Assembly: GCA_963692865.2 (NCBI GenBank)
Contig: OY843592.1
Location: 1,664,001-1,728,000, forward strand
DNA: 64,000 nt
Origin: a bacterium
GTDB lineage: Bacteria; UBA8248
Direction of reading: 5' to 3'
The position numbers and the translations under genes are program-made. This document shows positions 60,374-64,000 of the stretch, in pieces. Below the pieces are notes generated by a model, which worked only from the letters and a program-made list of their open reading frames with translations, did no database searches and was not told the origin of the DNA. How positions within the stretch are numbered: position 1 is the stretch's first letter; each line of letters begins with the position of its first letter.

Positions 60374-61887
60374 GGGGCTGTTGAAAAACCCCTGGTAATA
60401 TGATCGAATGGATGAACGCCCACTCGCCCGAGATGGGAGTACCCCGGATGATGGGAAGCAATAAGCGCGGGCAGATGGATTTGTTCGTGGCCGGTTCTCT
60501 GGAACGGTTGGTTCCCGAGGATCACGTCCTGATGCGCGTGGACCGCGTGCTGGATTTGAGTTGGCTTCGGGAGGAGGTGGCGGATTGCTATTGCCTGGAC
60601 AACGGTCGTCCGGGGGTGGACCCGGAAGTGGCGCTGCGGTTGATGCTGGCGGGCATGCTGCTGGGCTACGTGCACGACCGGCGTCTGCTGCGCGAGGCGC
60701 AGGCGCACCTGGCGGTCCGGTGGTTCATCGGGTGCGGGCTGCACGAGGATTTGCCGCATCATTCGAGCCTGACGCGTATCCGTCAGCGCTGGGGTGAGGA
60801 GCGGTTCAAGGAGATATTCCGCCGCACGGTTCAGGCTTGCCTGGATGCGGGGGTGGCGAAGGGGGAAGTGGTTCACGTGGACGCGTCGTTGATCCGGGCG
60901 GACGTGAGTTGGGAGAGTCTGGCGGAGCGGCACGCGGAGGAGGTGATACGGGAGAACCCCGCCGCGGATGAGTCTGGGAAGAAGGGCGGCGGGGGTTCGG
61001 GGCCGGTGAGCCGTACGGACCCCGACGCGCGTCTGGCGCGCAAGAGCGCTCGGGCGGGGTTCGAGCCGAGCTACAAGCACCACGCGGTGGTGGACGATGC
61101 GCGTGGCGTTGTTCTGGACGTGGCGGTGACGGAGGGGACGGTGAACGAGCGGGAGGTGATTGAATCGCAGGTGGAAGCGGTGAGCGAGTTGTCGGGACGC
61201 GCGCCGGTGATGGTGACGGCGGATTCGGGGTATGCGTACTCGAAGGTATACGGTTTATTGGAGCGTCGGGGGGTGGATGGGCTGATACCGGCGAAGGGGG
61301 AGCCCACGCAGAGCCGTGTGCCGCTGCGCCGGTTCCGCTACGACGAGCGCCACGACATCGTGAAGTGTCCCGGGGGGAAGAAGCTGACCCCCCGGGGGGC
61401 GACGGAGCGGGGGCGGTGGTATGTATCGAGGACGCGCGATTGCGCGGGTTGCGCGCTTCGGGCGGATTGTCTGCCGAAGTCTCAAACGAGCAAGGCGGTG
61501 TTGATTCCGCACGAATATCCGTCGCTGTTGCGCGCGCGTCGGCGGCATGCGCGGTGGGGGGAGGAGGAGCGCCGGCTGTGGCGCCGGCACATGGGGCGTT
61601 CTGAGGGCTACCACGGCGAGGCGAAGAGTTGGCACGGACTGGGGCGGGCGGTGCGCCGGGGCCTTGCGAACATGCGGATCCAGGCCTGCCTGACGGCGAC
61701 TGCGGTGAACCTCAAGCGGCTCGCCGCCGCAGTAGCGGCGCGTTTATTCGCCCTGTGGCGGGTCTGGTTCGCCCGGAGACGCCGTCTGCGCGCGCATCGC
61801 GCCGTCTCACGCCGATTCGGCTTGCTCTCCGCCGCCGCGTGAACCGCCATATCACCCGCTTCCGAAACGGGGTTTTTCAACAGCCCC
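60374..61887 (+). mobile_element. IS1182-family insertion sequence, 1514 bp
   Basis: Perfect 19-bp TIR GGGGCTGTTGAAAAACCCC; flanking direct repeat CTCAA at 60369-60373 and 61888-61892. Confidence 0.93.
60448..61842 (+). CDS. IS1182-family DDE transposase
   Basis: LVPEDH, GRPGVDP, PHHSSL..RQRWG (DUF772-like), VDAS, TDPDA, ADSGY, CxxCxxxxxC, NLKRL. Confidence 0.93.
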   Translation: MMGSNKRGQMDLFVAGSLERLVPEDHVLMRVDRVLDLSWLREEVADCYCLDNGRPGVDPEVALRLMLAGMLLGYVHDRRLLREAQAHLAVRWFIGCGLHEDLPHHSSLTRIRQRWGEERFKEIFRRTVQACLDAGVAKGEVVHVDASLIRADVSWESLAERHAEEVIRENPAADESGKKGGGGSGPVSRTDPDARLARKSARAGFEPSYKHHAVVDDARGVVLDVAVTEGTVNEREVIESQVEAVSELSGRAPVMVTADSGYAYSKVYGLLERRGVDGLIPAKGEPTQSRVPLRRFRYDERHDIVKCPGGKKLTPRGATERGRWYVSRTRDCAGCALRADCLPKSQTSKAVLIPHEYPSLLRARRRHARWGEEERRLWRRHMGRSEGYHGEAKSWHGLGRAVRRGLANMRIQACLTATAVNLKRLAAAVAARLFALWRVWFARRRRLRAHRAVSRRFGLLSAAA

Positions 61888-61940
61888 CTCAAGGGGGGAG
61901 TGAAATTCAGCGCGCTCCTTTTTGGGGCTTTTTCAACAAT

Positions 61941-61987
61941 CCCACACCCCGGGGGTGGGGAATCTCTCCCCACCCCCGGGGTGTGGG
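61941..61987. repeat. Perfect 21-bp inverted repeat with 5-nt loop
   Basis: CCCACACCCCGGGGGTGGGGA-ATCTC-TCCCCACCCCCGGGGTGTGGG. Confidence 0.9.
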
Positions 61988-62033
61988 TTTCATCCTGAAC
62001 CGCTTGGGCTGTGCCCGAGCCGCTTGTCGCGTC

Positions 62034-63761
62034 TTACCTCGCCACCGCGCCGGGCCGGCGTTTCGGGATGATCGGCACGAGCAGGTAGGAGGCGTGGTTC
62101 GGGCCTGAGTGCAGCGTGGTGCGCCCGCCGAAGACTTCCTTGCAGCGGTCGACGGGGTGGTCGTGCAGGAACGGTCCCGAACCGCGCGAGGGCACGTAGG
62201 CCGCCACCGCGGGACCCGGGCGGTCGTAGTCCTGCCCTGCGATGTTGATGGAGAGCTGGAAGCCCTTGGGCAGCACGATGCACTGGGGCCAGATTTCCAC
62301 GTCGAGCTCGTAAATCCGCTCCGGCGTGAGCGGTTGCTTGTCGTCGTGCGTGTGGTAGGGCCGCCAGGGTTCGGACAGCTCCTCGTCCAGCTTTCGGTGC
62401 GAGGCGCGCAGCCAGCCCTGGGCGAGCGGCGTCTTGGGGTCCACAGTGCCCTGGAAATAGACTTCGCGGTTTTGGGGCGAGAACGCCTGGACGGTCACGA
62501 ACAGGTCCGCATCCACCGTGGAGGAGGAGATGAAGAGCTTGGCCGCCATCGGGCCGGTGATCTCGGTCTCTTCCTTGAGCGGCGCCGTCCTGAGCGTGAT
62601 GCCGCGCGTGAGCGCCCGGAATGTCCTGGAGCGCTTCGCCTTCGGCGGGTTCGGATCGAGCTTGCCCTTGCCGCCCGCGTGGAGATAGAGCTTCGTCCAC
62701 TTCGTGCCCTTGAGCGGCCACTCGTGCTCCTTGCGCAGCTCCACCTCGTCGGTGAACGGACGCCTGATGTTCAGCCACACGCGCGGCTCTTTATCCCAGC
62801 CGTTCTGCTCGCCCTTGAGATAATAGTCGAAGAAGCGCTTCTGGAGCTCCATGCCGTATTCGAGATAGAACCACTCCTCGTGCCGGCCCGGATGGCCTTC
62901 GAGCCACTTCTCCTCCGACGCCGCCTGCGTGTAGGCCTCGAAGTTCCCGCGCGGGTGCAGGCCGAAGCCCGCCCAGCTTCCCGCGCTCAGGAAGGGCACC
63001 TTCACCTTCGACCAGTCGGGCGAGCGGGAGCGGTACCAGTCGTCATCCATCTCGCGCGCGAGGAAGTTGGCGAGCGTGTCGGCGCGGTTGTCCTTGAGTT
63101 CCTGCTTCGAAAGCGTCGCCGGGCCCGTGGAGCGCGTCTCCATCCAGTGGTCGCGCGGGCCGTCGGGGTTTCCGTGCTGTACCGCTTCGACCTGGCGCGG
63201 ATACCAGATTTCCATGAACTTGTTCGAGAGGATGCCCCCGTGCCGCGCCCAGTCGCGGTAATGGTCGGCCGCGCCCTCCCAGGGGATCATCGCGGTCAGG
63301 TGCTTGGGCTGGAGCGCCGCGACCTGCCACTGGTTGATGGCGTAGTAGGAGACGCCGTTCAGGCCCACCTTGCCGTTCGACCACTTCTGCTTGCCCGCCC
63401 ACTCGATGGCGATGGCGAAGTCCTTGGTCTCGCGAGGTGAGAAGATGTCGAGATAGCCGGGCGAGCGGCCGGCGCCGCGCGAATCGAGCCGCACGCAGGC
63501 GTAGCCCCAGGGCACCCAGATCTCGGGGTCCACCGTTTCCCAGGTGAGCCAGCGGTGCTGGGAGCCCTCCAGGATGTCGGGGTGCATCTTCACCAGCGAA
63601 TCCCAGAGCGGCTTGTAGTGTTCCTGATACTTGACGCCCTTGCCGTAGGGGCCGCCGGCCATGACGACGGGCACCTTCGCCTTGGTGTCGGGCCGGAATA
63701 CGTCGACCCGCAGCACCACCCCGTCGTCCATCTCGACGGGCAGATCACGTTCGATAATCAT
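62034..63761 (-). CDS. CocE/NonD family serine hydrolase
   Basis: DGVVLRVDVFRP, DSRGAGRSPG, WSNGKVGLNGVSY, GWLRASHR; GGAGG RBS. Confidence 0.93.
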   Translation of the reverse strand: MIIERDLPVEMDDGVVLRVDVFRPDTKAKVPVVMAGGPYGKGVKYQEHYKPLWDSLVKMHPDILEGSQHRWLTWETVDPEIWVPWGYACVRLDSRGAGRSPGYLDIFSPRETKDFAIAIEWAGKQKWSNGKVGLNGVSYYAINQWQVAALQPKHLTAMIPWEGAADHYRDWARHGGILSNKFMEIWYPRQVEAVQHGNPDGPRDHWMETRSTGPATLSKQELKDNRADTLANFLAREMDDDWYRSRSPDWSKVKVPFLSAGSWAGFGLHPRGNFEAYTQAASEEKWLEGHPGRHEEWFYLEYGMELQKRFFDYYLKGEQNGWDKEPRVWLNIRRPFTDEVELRKEHEWPLKGTKWTKLYLHAGGKGKLDPNPPKAKRSRTFRALTRGITLRTAPLKEETEITGPMAAKLFISSSTVDADLFVTVQAFSPQNREVYFQGTVDPKTPLAQGWLRASHRKLDEELSEPWRPYHTHDDKQPLTPERIYELDVEIWPQCIVLPKGFQLSINIAGQDYDRPGPAVAAYVPSRGSGPFLHDHPVDRCKEVFGGRTTLHSGPNHASYLLVPIIPKRRPGAVAR

Positions 63762-64000
63762 ACGCACCTCCTGAGTTTGAGAATGAGGCCGTGCGGCTCC
63801 CGGTGGGGGGCCGCACGCTCTTTCCGCGTTTCCATGAGTAGAATGTGCAGAAATTATGCGCGAAGGGCCTGTGTTTTTCAATATGGAGATGTATGGCTTT
63901 CGCATTTAACCTGTTCATGCGTCGGCGAAGGGAGGGGAAAAGCGTAATGCCCGGATGATTTTAAGGCCTCGGGCCTTTATCCCGCACGCGATAAACGGCT

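Larger units (their letters stand above)
59641..61943. mobile_element. Large composite repeat mosaic bounded by IS1182-like ends and containing the intact IS
   Basis: GGGTTGTTGAAAACCCC at 59641, degenerate end near 60110, GGGGCTTTTTCAACAATCCC ending 61943; internal REP-like and dRS3-like repeats. Confidence 0.6.

Noticed and set aside
57700-62000. Prophage or integrase-encoding island at tRNA-Val
   Set aside because: No tyrosine or serine recombinase and no phage genes; the only mobility enzyme is the IS1182 transposase.

Overview
GC-rich Gram-negative bacterial chromosome segment; a Nitrospinota/Tectomicrobia-like, possibly host-associated lineage is my guess only. Bases 1-39.5 kb are core genes: HNH-uvrB-uvrC-lnt-prfB (programmed +1 frameshift)-lysS-lolE-lolD-clpC-bamA-skp-lpxD-fabZ-lpxA-gnnA-like-lpxI-lpxB-DUF374-waaA-lpxK, then lptG/lptF, a heptose/LPS-core cluster, msbA, a D-Ala-D-Ala carboxypeptidase and dapA. 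The LPS-core cluster looks eroded: a deleted hldC remnant, probable glycosyltransferase scars, and an O-antigen ligase frameshifted by an exact 85-bp tandem duplication. Bases 39.6-57.7 kb are catabolic and transport genes, including an OsmC-family protein with an in-frame UGA and a SECIS-like hairpin (probable selenoprotein) and a two-repeat unknown protein. Bases 57.7-62 kb are the most unusual part. Two identical complete tRNA-Val(TAC) genes bracket a 1.28-kb integrase-free unit carrying a DUF3800 gene (frameshifted by a 7-bp duplication) preceded by a promoter, a structured short RNA and a terminator. Composite MITE/REP mosaics with IS1182-type ends follow, and an intact IS1182 sits inside a REP-like palindrome. 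All calls come from reading the sequence and recalled family motifs; no searches were run.
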